Positions 22,518-35,500 of a stretch of DNA of 64,000 nt are shown piece by piece. The translations under genes were made by a program, and so were the position numbers. The notes beneath the pieces were generated by a model, which was not told where the DNA came from, searched no databases, and saw only the letters and a list, made by a program, of their open reading frames with translations. The stretch lies in assembly GCF_003334315.1 (NCBI RefSeq), contig NZ_QOWR01000019.1; one strand, written 5' to 3'. This DNA is from Escherichia coli (lineage in GTDB: Bacteria > Pseudomonadota > Gammaproteobacteria > Enterobacterales > Enterobacteriaceae). The stretch's first letter is position 1. The number at the start of each line of letters is the position of its first letter.

Positions 22518-24794
22518 ATGCTCAATCAAGAACTGGAACTCAGTTTAAATATGGCTTTCGCCAGAGCGCGCGAGCACCGTCATGAGTTTATGACCGTCGA
22601 GCACTTGTTACTGGCGCTGCTCAGTAACCCATCTGCCCGGGAGGCGCTGGAAGCGTGTTCTGTGGATTTGGTTGCGCTCCGTCAGGAACTGGAAGCCTTT
22701 ATTGAACAAACCACACCCGTTCTGCCTGCCAGTGAAGAGGAGCGCGATACACAGCCGACGCTGAGTTTTCAGCGTGTACTGCAACGTGCGGTCTTCCATG
22801 TCCAGTCCTCCGGTCGCAATGAGGTTACCGGTGCAAACGTTCTGGTCGCTATCTTTAGCGAACAGGAGTCGCAGGCGGCATATCTGTTGCGTAAACATGA
22901 AGTCAGCCGTCTCGATGTGGTGAACTTTATCTCTCATGGCACGCGTAAAGACGAGCCGACACAGTCTTCTGATCCTGGCAGCCAGCCAAACAGCGAAGAA
23001 CAAGCTGGTGGGGAGGAACGTATGGAGAATTTCACGACGAACCTGAACCAGCTTGCGCGTGTGGGCGGAATCGACCCACTGATTGGTCGTGAGAAAGAGC
23101 TGGAGCGTGCTATTCAGGTTCTCTGCCGTCGCCGTAAAAACAACCCGCTGCTGGTGGGGGAGTCTGGTGTCGGTAAAACCGCGATTGCAGAAGGTCTTGC
23201 CTGGCGAATTGTTCAGGGTGATGTGCCGGAAGTGATGGCTGACTGTACGATTTATTCTCTCGATATCGGTTCTCTGTTAGCGGGCACAAAATATCGCGGC
23301 GACTTTGAAAAACGTTTTAAAGCGTTGCTCAAGCAGCTGGAGCAGGACACTAACAGCATCCTGTTTATTGATGAGATCCACACCATTATCGGTGCGGGTG
23401 CAGCGTCTGGTGGTCAGGTCGATGCGGCTAACCTGATCAAACCGTTGCTCTCCAGCGGTAAAATTCGCGTAATTGGTTCGACAACCTATCAGGAGTTCAG
23501 CAACATTTTCGAGAAAGACCGTGCTCTGGCGCGTCGCTTCCAGAAAATTGATATTACTGAACCGTCGATCGAAGAAACTGTTCAAATCATCAATGGCCTG
23601 AAACCGAAGTATGAAGCGCACCACGACGTGCGTTATACCGCAAAAGCGGTGCGTGCGGCGGTAGAGCTGGCGGTGAAATACATTAACGATCGTCATCTGC
23701 CGGATAAAGCCATTGATGTTATCGACGAAGCGGGCGCTCGCGCACGTCTGATGCCGGTAAGCAAACGCAAGAAAACCGTTAATGTGGCGGATATTGAGTC
23801 CGTGGTGGCCCGTATTGCACGCATTCCAGAGAAGAGTGTTTCTCAGAGTGACCGCGATACCCTGAAAAACCTCGGCGATCGCCTGAAAATGCTGGTCTTC
23901 GGCCAGGATAAAGCCATTGAGGCGCTGACTGAAGCCATTAAGATGGCGCGTGCAGGTTTAGGTCACGAACATAAACCGGTCGGTTCGTTCCTGTTTGCCG
24001 GTCCTACCGGGGTCGGGAAAACAGAGGTGACGGTACAGCTTTCGAAAGCGTTGGGCATTGAGCTTCTGCGCTTTGATATGTCCGAGTATATGGAACGCCA
24101 TACCGTCAGCCGTCTGATTGGTGCGCCTCCGGGATACGTTGGTTTTGATCAGGGCGGTTTGCTGACTGATGCGGTCATCAAGCATCCACATGCGGTTCTG
24201 CTGCTGGACGAAATCGAGAAAGCGCACCCTGACGTGTTCAATATTCTGTTGCAGGTGATGGACAACGGTACGCTGACCGATAACAACGGACGCAAAGCGG
24301 ACTTCCGTAACGTGGTGCTGGTGATGACCACCAACGCCGGGGTACGTGAAACTGAGCGTAAATCCATTGGTCTTATCCACCAGGATAACAGCACCGATGC
24401 GATGGAAGAGATCAAGAAGATCTTTACACCGGAATTCCGTAACCGTCTCGACAACATTATCTGGTTTGATCATCTGTCAACCGACGTGATCCATCAGGTG
24501 GTGGATAAATTCATCGTCGAGTTGCAGGTTCAGCTGGATCAGAAAGGTGTTTCTCTGGAAGTGAGCCAGGAAGCGCGTAACTGGCTGGCCGAGAAAGGTT
24601 ACGACCGGGCAATGGGCGCTCGTCCGATGGCGCGTGTCATCCAGGACAACCTGAAAAAACCGCTCGCCAACGAACTGCTGTTTGGTTCGCTGGTGGACGG
24701 CGGTCAGGTCACCGTCGCACTGGATAAAGCGAAAAATGAGCTGACTTACGGATTCCAGAGTGCACAAAAGCACAAGGCGGAAGCAGCGCATTAA
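22518..24794 (+). CDS. clpA: ATP-dependent Clp protease ATP-binding subunit ClpA
   Basis: two AAA+ modules (GESGVGKT and GPTGVGKT Walker A); 758 aa from MLNQELE. Confidence 0.95.
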   Translation: MLNQELELSLNMAFARAREHRHEFMTVEHLLLALLSNPSAREALEACSVDLVALRQELEAFIEQTTPVLPASEEERDTQPTLSFQRVLQRAVFHVQSSGRNEVTGANVLVAIFSEQESQAAYLLRKHEVSRLDVVNFISHGTRKDEPTQSSDPGSQPNSEEQAGGEERMENFTTNLNQLARVGGIDPLIGREKELERAIQVLCRRRKNNPLLVGESGVGKTAIAEGLAWRIVQGDVPEVMADCTIYSLDIGSLLAGTKYRGDFEKRFKALLKQLEQDTNSILFIDEIHTIIGAGAASGGQVDAANLIKPLLSSGKIRVIGSTTYQEFSNIFEKDRALARRFQKIDITEPSIEETVQIINGLKPKYEAHHDVRYTAKAVRAAVELAVKYINDRHLPDKAIDVIDEAGARARLMPVSKRKKTVNVADIESVVARIARIPEKSVSQSDRDTLKNLGDRLKMLVFGQDKAIEALTEAIKMARAGLGHEHKPVGSFLFAGPTGVGKTEVTVQLSKALGIELLRFDMSEYMERHTVSRLIGAPPGYVGFDQGGLLTDAVIKHPHAVLLLDEIEKAHPDVFNILLQVMDNGTLTDNNGRKADFRNVVLVMTTNAGVRETERKSIGLIHQDNSTDAMEEIKKIFTPEFRNRLDNIIWFDHLSTDVIHQVVDKFIVELQVQLDQKGVSLEVSQEARNWLAEKGYDRAMGARPMARVIQDNLKKPLANELLFGSLVDGGQVTVALDKAKNELTYGFQSAQKHKAEAAH

Positions 24795-24818
24795 TCTGAT
24801 TGTCAGGTAGGTTGGTCA

Positions 24819-24856
24819 AGTCCGTAATCTCGAAAGAGGTTACGGACTTTTTATTT
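24819..24856 (+). terminator. rho-independent terminator of clpA
   Basis: hairpin agtccgtaa..ttacggact followed by ttttatttat. Confidence 0.7.
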
Positions 24857-25005
24857 ATGGGGTGGAACGGTGAAAACCCTATTTTTGGAGGTGAAGGTAA
24901 GTTGTTGATAATTAGTGCTGCTGGAAGGTAAGGATAAAAAAGGGTGCTGCAGGAGAATGGGATGGTTTTGCTTTATTAACAACGGGCTAAACGTGTAGTA
25001 TTTGA

Positions 25006-25210
25006 GTTCACTGCCGTACAGGCAGCTTAGAAAAACCTACCGTCTTGGCTAGCGGTTGCAGCGAACGTTCACTGCCGTACAGGCAGCTTAGAAAGGAACA
25101 ATCTTGCAAAGGCTGTGAAAGTTGGCGTTCACTGCCGTACAGGCAGCTTAGAAATTCACAGGTAACATACTCCACCCACCATGTTCACTGCCGTACAGAC
25201 AGATAAAATG
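25006..25210 (+). CRISPR. orphan type I-F CRISPR array remnant: 3 intact 28-bp repeats plus 1 degenerate terminal repeat
   Basis: repeat gttcactgccgtacaggcagcttagaaa at 25006-25033, 25067-25094, 25127-25154; degenerate copy gttcactgccgtacagacagataaaatg at 25183-25210; spacers of 33, 32 and 28 nt; no cas genes in window. Confidence 0.92.
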
Positions 25211-25211
25211 C

Positions 25212-25241
25212 GAAAAAAAAGCTCGCACTTTCGTACGAGCT
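25212..25241 (-). terminator. rho-independent terminator of serW
   Basis: hairpin agctcg..cgagct with A8 on + strand (U-run on minus) directly 3' of tRNA. Confidence 0.7.
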
Positions 25242-25253
25242 CTTCTTTAAATA

Positions 25254-25341
25254 TGGCGGTGAGGGGGGGATTCGAACCCCCGATACGTTGCCGTATACAC
25301 ACTTTCCAGGCGTGCTCCTTCAGCCACTCGGACACCTCACC
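25254..25341 (-). tRNA. serW: tRNA-Ser (long variable arm, 88 nt, encoded CCA)
   Basis: reverse complement reads ggtgaggtgtccgagtggctgaaggagcacgcctggaaagtgtgtatacggcaacgtatcgggggttcgaatccccccctcaccgcca. Confidence 0.95.
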
Positions 25342-25525
25342 AAATTGTTTTGCTGCCAAACCTCATGGGTGGCAACGGGGCGCTACTATAGGGAGTTGGA
25401 GTAAAACGGTCAAGAAGAATTTTAATGATAATTATTGTTTGCTCATACTGTAAACAACTTGTGCAGTATATCTACATCGAGACAAGTTATGGACTTATAC
25501 TTCCAAAGTACTTCATACATATCAC

Positions 25526-25556
25526 AAAATAAAAAGGCCGGTTAAACCGACCTTTT
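25526..25556 (-). terminator. rho-independent terminator of infA
   Basis: hairpin around ggccggttaaaccgacc followed by U-run on minus strand. Confidence 0.6.
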
Positions 25557-25594
25557 ACTCGTTCTTTCTCTTCGCCCATCAGGCGGTAAAACAA

Positions 25595-25816
<222 letters not shown>

Positions 25817-26097
25817 ATCCTCTGGGGTATCACTACCGTAATTTGAACCGGCAAGATAATGCCGAAGTTCTGTAAATAAGTAAAGATTTGCGCGCTAAAT
25901 CGCAACAAACAGGTTCGGCACATTACTCCGAAAACACACGGCTAAGCCGCACCAAAAGCGCAACGTATAAGGGAGCGGTGAGATAAACGATGGGCGTTAC
26001 CTGACGCGAAAAATTCCTTATCGGCAGCGGGGTAATGAGCGTAACCAACTCTGCGACCGCAATTATAACACTCTGGGGAGAAATGTGCCGAAAACAT

Positions 26098-26802
26098 TCA
26101 TTCTTGTGGTGAAAACAAGCACCGTGGTACCCAGAAATTATTCGGCAATCGTCCGAGGCGCATTTGATTGAGATAATTAAGGTAATCCCGGCGGGGAATT
26201 TCGCAGGCACCAAGCGATGCTGTGTGATCGTTAAGGACCTGGCAGTCGATAAGCTTACCGCCATGACCGATAAATTCCTCACAGAATACCAGAAGCGCCG
26301 TTTTAGACGCATTTTCCATCCGGCTGAACATGGACTCGCCACAAAATAGTGTTCCCTGGGCCACGCCGTACATACCGCCGACAAGCTCATCTTCACGCCA
26401 GACTTCAATGGAGTGGGCATGACCGAGTTCGTGAAGGCGATGGTAGGCTTCGACCACGCCACGCGTGATCCAGGTTCCTTCTTCGCGATCGCTGGCACAG
26501 CCTTCAATGACCTGACCAAAAGCGTAATTCATCGTGACACGATAGGGCGAGCGTTTATGAAATCGCTTCATACTACGGCTGATATGCAGTGATTCTGGCC
26601 ATAGCACCGCGCGGGGATCGGGCGACCACCAGAGGATGGGGTCGCCTGGAGAAAACCACGGAAAAATACCACGCTGGTAAGCCATTAACAGGCGCGCAGG
26701 GCTAAGATCGCCCCCAAGTGCCAGCAGGCCGTTAGGCTCACGTAATGCGCCTTCCGGGGAAGGGAAGGCTATTGAATGGCGAGAAAGCTGAACCAGGCGC
26801 AT
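26098..26802 (-). CDS. aat: leucyl/phenylalanyl-tRNA--protein transferase
   Basis: 234-aa ORF; synteny infA-aat-cydCD. Confidence 0.9.
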
Positions 26803-26843
26803 GACCGCAAAACTCCACGCAAGTCGGATCGTTCAATAATAGC

Positions 26844-28565
26844 TTACAAACCCTGCTTGAACTGGTAATAACGCCCCTGTCTGGCAAGCAGTTCTGCGTG
26901 AGTACCTTGCTCAATAATTTGCCCGTTGTCCATCACTATTATTTGTTGGAAACGAGAGAGTCCGCGAAGTCGATGGGTGACCATTAACACCGTTTTCTCA
27001 CGCATCATTTCTGCAAGCAATTCAAGGATCTGGCTTTCGGTTGTGGCATCTAAGCCTTCGGTAGGTTCATCCAGCAACACCAGTGGCGCATCATGTAACA
27101 GCGCACGGGCGATAGCCAGACGGCGCAGTTCACCACCGGAGAGCTGGCGTCCGCCTTCACCTAACCAACTGTTGAGACCTGCATCCTCGAGCAGCTTCTC
27201 CAGACCAACGCGACGCAAGATCTCCGACAGAGCCTCATCACTACTGCCAGGCGAGGCGAGTAACAGATTATCACGCAGCGTGGCGCTAAACAGATGCACT
27301 CGCTGAGGAACAACGCTGATGGTCTGTCGTAGAGCCGCTTCATTCAGGCTGGCTATGGGGCTATCGTTAAGCAAAATCTCGCCCTGTTGCGGGTCCCAAG
27401 CGCGGGTCAGCAGTTGTAACAGTGTTGATTTGCCGCATCCGGTTCGCCCGAGAATCGCAATATGTTCCCCGGCGTTTACCTGAAGAGAAATCCCTTTAAG
27501 TGCCTGTTGGGATTGCTCCGGATAAGTGAACTGAACATCCCGTAATGTCAGCGAAACGCGATCGGCAACATGAGTTTGGGTATCAGGGAAGGTGACTTCC
27601 GGTTTTTGATCCGTTAAATCAGTGATCCGAACGGCAGAGGCAATGACTTGCCCCAGATGCTGAAATGCACCCGTTACTGGTGCCAGTGCTTCAAACGCGG
27701 CTAACGCGCAGAAGATAAACAGGGCAATTAACGCGCCGGGTTGAGCATTGCCGCCAACGCCGCCAGACGCCATCCACAGCATCAGGATCACCGCTAACGC
27801 GCCAATGAGCAGCATTATCGCTTGCGACAATGCGGTCAGTTCAGATTGACGGCGTTGCGCTTCCAGCCATTGAATTTCTGTATTCTCTAGTTGCGTGCGA
27901 TAACGATCGCTGGCACCAAAAATGGTCAGCTCAGCTTGCCCTTGCAGCCAGGCCGTCAGTTGTTGGCGATACTGTCCGCGAAGATGAGTCAGATTTTGCC
28001 CGGTGCTTTTTCCCGCACGATAAAACAGCGGTGGCATCAGGAAAAGCGTCAGTAACATAATGCCGCCCAGCGTAAAGGCGAGGGTGAAATCAAGGAAACT
28101 TAACCCGATTGTCACCACCATAATCACCACAAAAGCGCCCACCAGCGGTGAGATAACGCGCAGGTAAAGATGATCGAGCGTATCAACATCCGCCACCACG
28201 CGGTTGAGCAATTCGCCCTGACGATAGCGCGCCAGTCCGGCAGGGGAGAGGGGCAACAATTTGCTGAAGGTGTAAATGCGCAGATGCTGCAACACGCGGA
28301 AAGTCGCGTCGTGACTTACCAGACGTTCAAAATAACGCCCGGCAGTACGGGTGATTGCTGCACCACGCACGCCCGCAGCGGGTAGCATATAGTTGAAGCT
28401 GTACAGTCCGGCAACCCCCGCAACCGCTGAGGCCGAGAGGAACCAGCCGGAAAGTGTCAACAGACCGATACTGGCGAGCAGCGTCACAATTGCCAGCACA
28501 ATACCAAGACTTAACATCCATTTATGACGTTTATACAGTGCCAGATAGGGTAGCAAAGCGCGCAT
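26844..28565 (-). CDS. cydC: cysteine/glutathione ABC exporter subunit CydC
   Basis: N-terminal 6-TM domain plus C-terminal ABC ATPase (GRTGCGKST, LSGGELRRLAIARAL). Confidence 0.93.
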   Translation of the reverse strand: MRALLPYLALYKRHKWMLSLGIVLAIVTLLASIGLLTLSGWFLSASAVAGVAGLYSFNYMLPAAGVRGAAITRTAGRYFERLVSHDATFRVLQHLRIYTFSKLLPLSPAGLARYRQGELLNRVVADVDTLDHLYLRVISPLVGAFVVIMVVTIGLSFLDFTLAFTLGGIMLLTLFLMPPLFYRAGKSTGQNLTHLRGQYRQQLTAWLQGQAELTIFGASDRYRTQLENTEIQWLEAQRRQSELTALSQAIMLLIGALAVILMLWMASGGVGGNAQPGALIALFIFCALAAFEALAPVTGAFQHLGQVIASAVRITDLTDQKPEVTFPDTQTHVADRVSLTLRDVQFTYPEQSQQALKGISLQVNAGEHIAILGRTGCGKSTLLQLLTRAWDPQQGEILLNDSPIASLNEAALRQTISVVPQRVHLFSATLRDNLLLASPGSSDEALSEILRRVGLEKLLEDAGLNSWLGEGGRQLSGGELRRLAIARALLHDAPLVLLDEPTEGLDATTESQILELLAEMMREKTVLMVTHRLRGLSRFQQIIVMDNGQIIEQGTHAELLARQGRYYQFKQGL

Positions 28566-30332
28566 TTAAATCTCCTCCTGACGATGGGCCAGTAATGTGG
28601 CGAATGGGCCACCAGCCACACTTAATTCCGCGTAACGTCCTTGCTCAATAATCCGGCCATCCTGCATAACCCAAATGACATCCCAGTCAGCAAGATCTTC
28701 TAACTGGTGGGTGACCATTAACGTTGTCTGGCGCAGAGAGGCGGCATTCAGCGCCTCCATTACGCGCTGTTCACTGTGAGCATCAAGGCTGGCAGCGGGT
28801 TCATCCAACAGTAATAGCGAACAGGGATTTAGTAACGCACGGGCCACCGCCACGCGCTGCGCCTGCCCCACGGAAAGGCGGGCAGCCTGGTCGCCAACAG
28901 GCGTATCAACGCCTTGTGGCAGGAGCAGTAGAAACTCGCTGACCCAGGCGTTATCCAGCGCTGCTTGTAATTCTTGTTCGCTGGCATCAGGTCGCGCCAG
29001 TAGTACGTTATCCCGTAATGTTGCTGCCGGTAATTGTGGGTTTTGCCCAACCCAGGAGAGATGTTTACGCCATGATTCTGGTGATAAATCGCGTAATTCT
29101 ATCCCGTTGATTCGTAATGATCCCTGATATGAGAGAAAACCAGAAAGCGCGTTCAGCAGTGAGCTTTTACCTGAACCGCTGCGACCAACCAACACTGCAC
29201 GTTGGCCTGCTGGCAAAGTAAAGTTCAGCGGTCCGGCCAGCGTTTTACCTTCCGGCGACGTGATAAACAGATCCTCGGCCTCAATGGTCAGCGGATCGGT
29301 TAATGCTAATTCCGCCTCACCGCGCTGCGGATGGGCGAGCGGGGTTTCCATAAACGTTTTCAGACTGTCAGCTGCACCAACAGCCTGGGCTTTAGCATGA
29401 TAAAACGTACCGAGATCGCGTAATGGCTGGAAAAACTCTGGCGCAAGGATCAGGGCCAGAAAACCCGCAGCCAGCGTCACGCCAGTATCGTAGTGACCAA
29501 AATCCAGCTCGCCGAGATAGGAAAAACCAAAGTAGACCGCCACCAGAGCAATTGACAGCGAGGTAAAAAATTCGAGAATGCCGGAGGATAAAAACGCCAG
29601 TCGTAGCACTTCCATTGTCCGTTGGCGGAAATCTTCCGAAGCAGAACGAATACTTTCAATTTCAGCTTCACCACGACCAAAAATACGCAATGTTTCCATG
29701 CCGCGCAGGCGATCGAGGAAATGCCCACTTAAGCGAGCAAGAGCGAGAAAGTTACGTCGGTTAGCATCGGCAGCCCCCATTCCAACCAGCGCCATAAACA
29801 ACGGAATTAGCGGTGCTGTGCCCAGCAGAATGAGCGCCGCAGCCCAGTTAGAGGGGAAGATCGCCACCACAATCAGCAACGGCACCGACACTGCCAGCGC
29901 CATTTGCGGCAGATAGCGTGCATAGTAATCATGCATATCGTCAATTTGCTCGAGTACCAGCGTCGCCCAGCTCCCCGCAGGTTTACCCTGAATCCACGCT
30001 GGCCCTGCTTGTTGCAGACGGTCGAGAACCTGACGGCGGATGGCAAAGCGGATATGCTGCCCGGCGTGATAACCCACCCGTTCGCGTAACCAGACCACCC
30101 ATGCGCGCAGTACAAAGGTCAGAACCAGTAACGTAAAGGGAAGCAGCAGGGCTTCACGGGGAATATTCTCCATAATCATATGTTGCAGAATTCGCGCCAT
30201 GAACCAGGCCTGGGCAATGATCAATATGCCGCTCACAAAGCCCAGCAGACGAGAAATATTCAGCCAACGTTGGGAGATGACGCTTTGCTGTTTTAACCAG
30301 CGGGTTAACTCTTTTTGACGAGATTTATTCAT
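28566..30332 (-). CDS. cydD: cysteine/glutathione ABC exporter subunit CydD
   Basis: TM domain plus ABC ATPase (GRSGSGKSS, LSVGQAQRVAVARAL); adjacent to cydC. Confidence 0.93.
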   Translation of the reverse strand: MNKSRQKELTRWLKQQSVISQRWLNISRLLGFVSGILIIAQAWFMARILQHMIMENIPREALLLPFTLLVLTFVLRAWVVWLRERVGYHAGQHIRFAIRRQVLDRLQQAGPAWIQGKPAGSWATLVLEQIDDMHDYYARYLPQMALAVSVPLLIVVAIFPSNWAAALILLGTAPLIPLFMALVGMGAADANRRNFLALARLSGHFLDRLRGMETLRIFGRGEAEIESIRSASEDFRQRTMEVLRLAFLSSGILEFFTSLSIALVAVYFGFSYLGELDFGHYDTGVTLAAGFLALILAPEFFQPLRDLGTFYHAKAQAVGAADSLKTFMETPLAHPQRGEAELALTDPLTIEAEDLFITSPEGKTLAGPLNFTLPAGQRAVLVGRSGSGKSSLLNALSGFLSYQGSLRINGIELRDLSPESWRKHLSWVGQNPQLPAATLRDNVLLARPDASEQELQAALDNAWVSEFLLLLPQGVDTPVGDQAARLSVGQAQRVAVARALLNPCSLLLLDEPAASLDAHSEQRVMEALNAASLRQTTLMVTHQLEDLADWDVIWVMQDGRIIEQGRYAELSVAGGPFATLLAHRQEEI

Positions 30333-30389
30333 TGCACGCTTAGCAGGTGAGTTATCAGAATTATTTGCAGAGCAATGTTACAACGGGGA

Positions 30390-30430
30390 AAAAATAAAGG
30401 CGACCCATAGTCGCATGGTGTCGCCTTCTT
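30390..30430 (-). terminator. rho-independent terminator of trxB
   Basis: hairpin aaggcgac..gtcgcctt with A-run on + strand. Confidence 0.65.
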
Positions 30431-30454
30431 TACTTTTGTTACTGATTTGTAAAA

Positions 30455-31537
<1,083 letters not shown>

Positions 31538-31964
31538 TCAAATTCTCCCGTCATTATCACCTCTGCTACTTAAATTTCCCGCTTTATAAGCCGATTAAAT
31601 GATGAATAAACGCCCCTGTTAATGAATATCTGGCATGTTGTACTAAAAATCGATGTTTTGCTTTGACAATCCCCTGGTGTTTTGCGAAAACATTCGAGGA
31701 AGAAAAAAAACAGTATTCTTATATGCGCATAACCATGCATGTAAATACCATGTTTACCGTGCTAGTGAAATCTACGTATGGCGTGGACAGACGCCATTCG
31801 TGATGTCGATAGCTGCCACAAGGCAACGGTCTTCTCACCGTAGACCCAGGCATTGCGCGCCGTGAATCTTCATGATTTCGGTCTATCGTGACGGGTAGCG
31901 ACTCTGAACAGTGATGTTTCAGGGTCAGACAGGAGTAGGGAAGGAATACAGAGAGACAATAATA

Positions 31965-32459
31965 ATGGTAGATAGCAAGAAGCGCCCTGGCAAAGATCTC
32001 GACCGTATCGATCGTAACATTCTTAATGAGTTGCAAAAGGATGGGCGTATTTCTAACGTCGAGCTTTCTAAACGTGTGGGACTTTCCCCAACGCCGTGCC
32101 TTGAGCGTGTGCGTCGGCTGGAAAGACAAGGGTTTATTCAGGGCTATACGGCGCTGCTTAACCCCCATTATCTGGATGCATCACTTCTGGTATTCGTTGA
32201 GATTACTCTGAATCGTGGCGCACCGGATGTGTTTGAACAATTCAATACCGCTGTACAAAAACTTGAAGAAATTCAGGAGTGTCATTTAGTATCCGGTGAT
32301 TTCGACTACCTGTTGAAAACACGCGTGCCGGATATGTCAGCCTACCGTAAGTTGCTGGGGGAAACCCTGCTGCGTCTGCCTGGCGTCAATGACACACGGA
32401 CATACGTTGTTATGGAAGAAGTCAAGCAGAGTAATCGTCTGGTTATTAAGACGCGCTAA
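31965..32459 (+). CDS. lrp: leucine-responsive regulatory protein Lrp
   Basis: AsnC-family HTH plus RAM domain; 164 aa from MVDSKKRPGK. Confidence 0.94.
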   Translation: MVDSKKRPGKDLDRIDRNILNELQKDGRISNVELSKRVGLSPTPCLERVRRLERQGFIQGYTALLNPHYLDASLLVFVEITLNRGAPDVFEQFNTAVQKLEEIQECHLVSGDFDYLLKTRVPDMSAYRKLLGETLLRLPGVNDTRTYVVMEEVKQSNRLVIKTR

Positions 32460-32593
32460 CACGGAACAGGTGCAAAATCGGCGTATTTTGATTACACTCC
32501 TGTTAATCCATACAGCAACAGTACTGGGGTAACCTGGTACTGTTGTCCGTTTTAGCATCGGGCAGGAAAAGCCTGTAACCTGGAGAGCCTTTC

Positions 32594-35500
32594 TTGAGCC
32601 AGGAATACACTGAAGACAAAGAAGTCACATTGACAAAGTTAAGTAGCGGCCGCCGCCTTCTGGAGGCGTTGCTGATCCTTATTGTCCTGTTTGCCGTCTG
32701 GTTGATGGCTGCCTTACTAAGCTTTAACCCTTCGGACCCCAGCTGGTCGCAAACGGCCTGGCATGAACCTATCCATAATTTAGGTGGGATGCCCGGTGCG
32801 TGGTTGGCAGATACGCTGTTCTTTATTTTTGGCGTGATGGCTTACACCATTCCCGTCATTATTGTCGGCGGTTGTTGGTTTGCCTGGCGTCATCAGTCCA
32901 GCGACGAATACATTGATTATTTTGCCGTTTCGCTACGCATCATTGGCGTTTTGGCGCTCATCCTTACCTCCTGTGGTCTGGCGGCAATCAACGCTGACGA
33001 TATCTGGTATTTTGCCTCCGGTGGCGTCATTGGCAGCTTACTAAGCACTACGCTACAACCACTGCTACACAGTAGCGGGGGAACTATTGCGCTGCTCTGC
33101 GTTTGGGCAGCGGGCCTGACGTTGTTCACCGGTTGGTCATGGGTGACCATTGCTGAAAAACTCGGCGGCTGGATTTTAAACATTCTCACCTTCGCCAGTA
33201 ATCGTACCCGTCGCGATGATACCTGGGTCGATGAAGATGAGTATGAAGACGACGAAGAGTATGAAGATGAAAATCACGGCAAACAGCATGAATCACGCCG
33301 TGCCCGTATTCTTCGCGGCGCGCTAGCGCGTCGTAAACGGTTGGCGGAAAAATTCATTAATCCGATGGGGCGGCAAACAGACGCTGCGTTGTTCTCCGGT
33401 AAGCGGATGGATGATGACGAAGAGATTACCTACACTGCACGCGGTGTGGCTGCCGACCCGGACGACGTCCTATTTTCGGGCAATCGTGCAACGCAGCCAG
33501 AATATGACGAATACGATCCATTATTAAACGGTGCGCCAATTACCGAACCTGTCGCTGTAGCAGCTGCTGCTACCACGGCGACACAAAGCTGGGCTGCGCC
33601 GGTTGAACCTGTGACTCAGACGCCGCCTGTTGCCTCTGTTGATGTTCCACCTGCGCAACCTACAGTAGCCTGGCAGCCTGTACCGGGTCCACAAACGGGA
33701 GAGCCGGTTATTGCTCCTGCACCGGAAGGTTACCCACAGCAGTCACAATATGCGCAGCCTGCATTGCAATATAATGAGCCGCTGCAACAACCAGTACAGC
33801 CGCAGCAGCCGTATTATGCACCTGCAGCTGAACAACCTGCGCAACAGCCGTATTATGCCCCTGCGCCAGAACAACCGGTGGCAGGTAACGCCTGGCAAGC
33901 CGAAGAGCAGCAATCCACTTTTGCTCCACAGTCTACATACCAGACTGAGCAAACTTATCAGCAGCCAGCCGCTCAGGAGCCGTTGTACCAACAGCCGCAA
34001 CCCGTTGAACAGCAGCCTGTTGTGGAGCCTGAACCCGTTGTAGAAGAGACAAAACCCGCGCGTCCGCCGCTTTACTACTTTGAAGAAGTTGAAGAGAAGC
34101 GAGCCCGTGAACGTGAACAACTTGCGGCCTGGTATCAACCGATTCCAGAACCGGTTAAAGAACCAGAACCGATCAAATCTTCGCTGAAAGCACCTTCTGT
34201 TGCAGCAGTACCTCCAGTAGAAGCCGCTGCCGCTGTTTCCCCGCTGGCATCTGGCGTGAAAAAAGCGACACTGGCGACGGGGGCTGCCGCAACCGTTGCC
34301 GCGCCAGTCTTCAGTCTGGCAAATAGCGGTGGACCGCGTCCTCAGGTCAAAGAGGGGATTGGTCCGCAGTTGCCACGACCGAAACGTATCCGCGTGCCAA
34401 CTCGTCGTGAACTGGCGTCTTACGGTATTAAGCTGCCCTCACAGCGTGCGGCGGAAGAAAAAGCCCGTGAAGCCCAGCGCAATCAGTACGATTCTGGCGA
34501 TCAGTACAACGATGATGAAATCGATGCGATGCAGCAGGATGAACTGGCACGTCAGTTCGCCCAGACACAGCAGCAACGCTATGGCGAACAGTATCAACAT
34601 GATGTGCCCGTAAACGCAGAAGATGCAGATGCTGCGGCAGAGGCTGAACTGGCTCGTCAGTTTGCGCAAACTCAACAACAACGTTATTCCGGCGAACAAC
34701 CGGCTGGGGCGAATCCGTTCTCGCTGGATGATTTTGAATTTTCGCCAATGAAAGCGTTGCTGGATGATGGTCCACACGAACCGTTGTTTACGCCAATTGT
34801 TGAACCTGTACAGCAGCCGCAACAACCGGTTGCACCGCAGCAGCAATATCAGCAGCCGCAACAACCAGTTCCGCCGCAGCCGCAGTATCAGCAGCCACAA
34901 CAGCCGGTTGCGCCGCAGCCACAATATCAGCAGCCGCAACAACCGGTTGCGCCACAGCAGCAATATCAGCAGCCGCAACAACCGGTTGCGCCGCAGCAGC
35001 AGTATCAGCAGCCACAACAGCCAGTTGCGCCACAACCGCAGGATACCCTGCTTCATCCGCTGTTGATGCGTAATGGCGACAGCCGTCCGTTGCATAAACC
35101 GACGACGCCGCTGCCTTCTCTGGATTTGCTGACACCGCCGCCGAGCGAAGTGGAGCCGGTAGATACCTTTGCGCTTGAACAAATGGCTCGTCTGGTGGAA
35201 GCGCGTCTGGCTGATTTCCGTATTAAAGCCGATGTCGTCAATTACTCTCCGGGGCCGGTTATCACTCGCTTTGAACTTAACCTGGCTCCTGGCGTAAAAG
35301 CGGCGCGCATTTCTAACTTGTCACGGGACCTTGCCCGTTCACTTTCGACGGTGGCGGTGCGTGTCGTTGAAGTTATTCCTGGCAAACCCTATGTAGGTCT
35401 GGAGTTACCAAATAAAAAACGACAAACCGTTTATCTGCGCGAAGTTTTGGATAACGCCAAATTCCGCGATAATCCGTCGCCATTAACCGTGGTGCTGGGT

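Noticed and set aside
25923-26519. 198-aa ORF overlapping the 3' part of aat and the infA promoter region
   Set aside because: Out-of-frame overlap with the well-supported aat gene on the same strand; no independent RBS or conserved motif.
32536-32566. Inverted repeat caacagtac..gtactgttg upstream of ftsK as a LexA box
   Set aside because: ftsK is known to have an SOS-inducible promoter, but this repeat does not fit the CTGT-N8-ACAG spacing of the LexA consensus, so I did not call it.
34439-35182. 247-aa Arg/Leu-rich ORF antisense to the ftsK linker
   Set aside because: Produced by the reverse complement of the CAG/CCG-rich tandem repeats; low-complexity, no start context.
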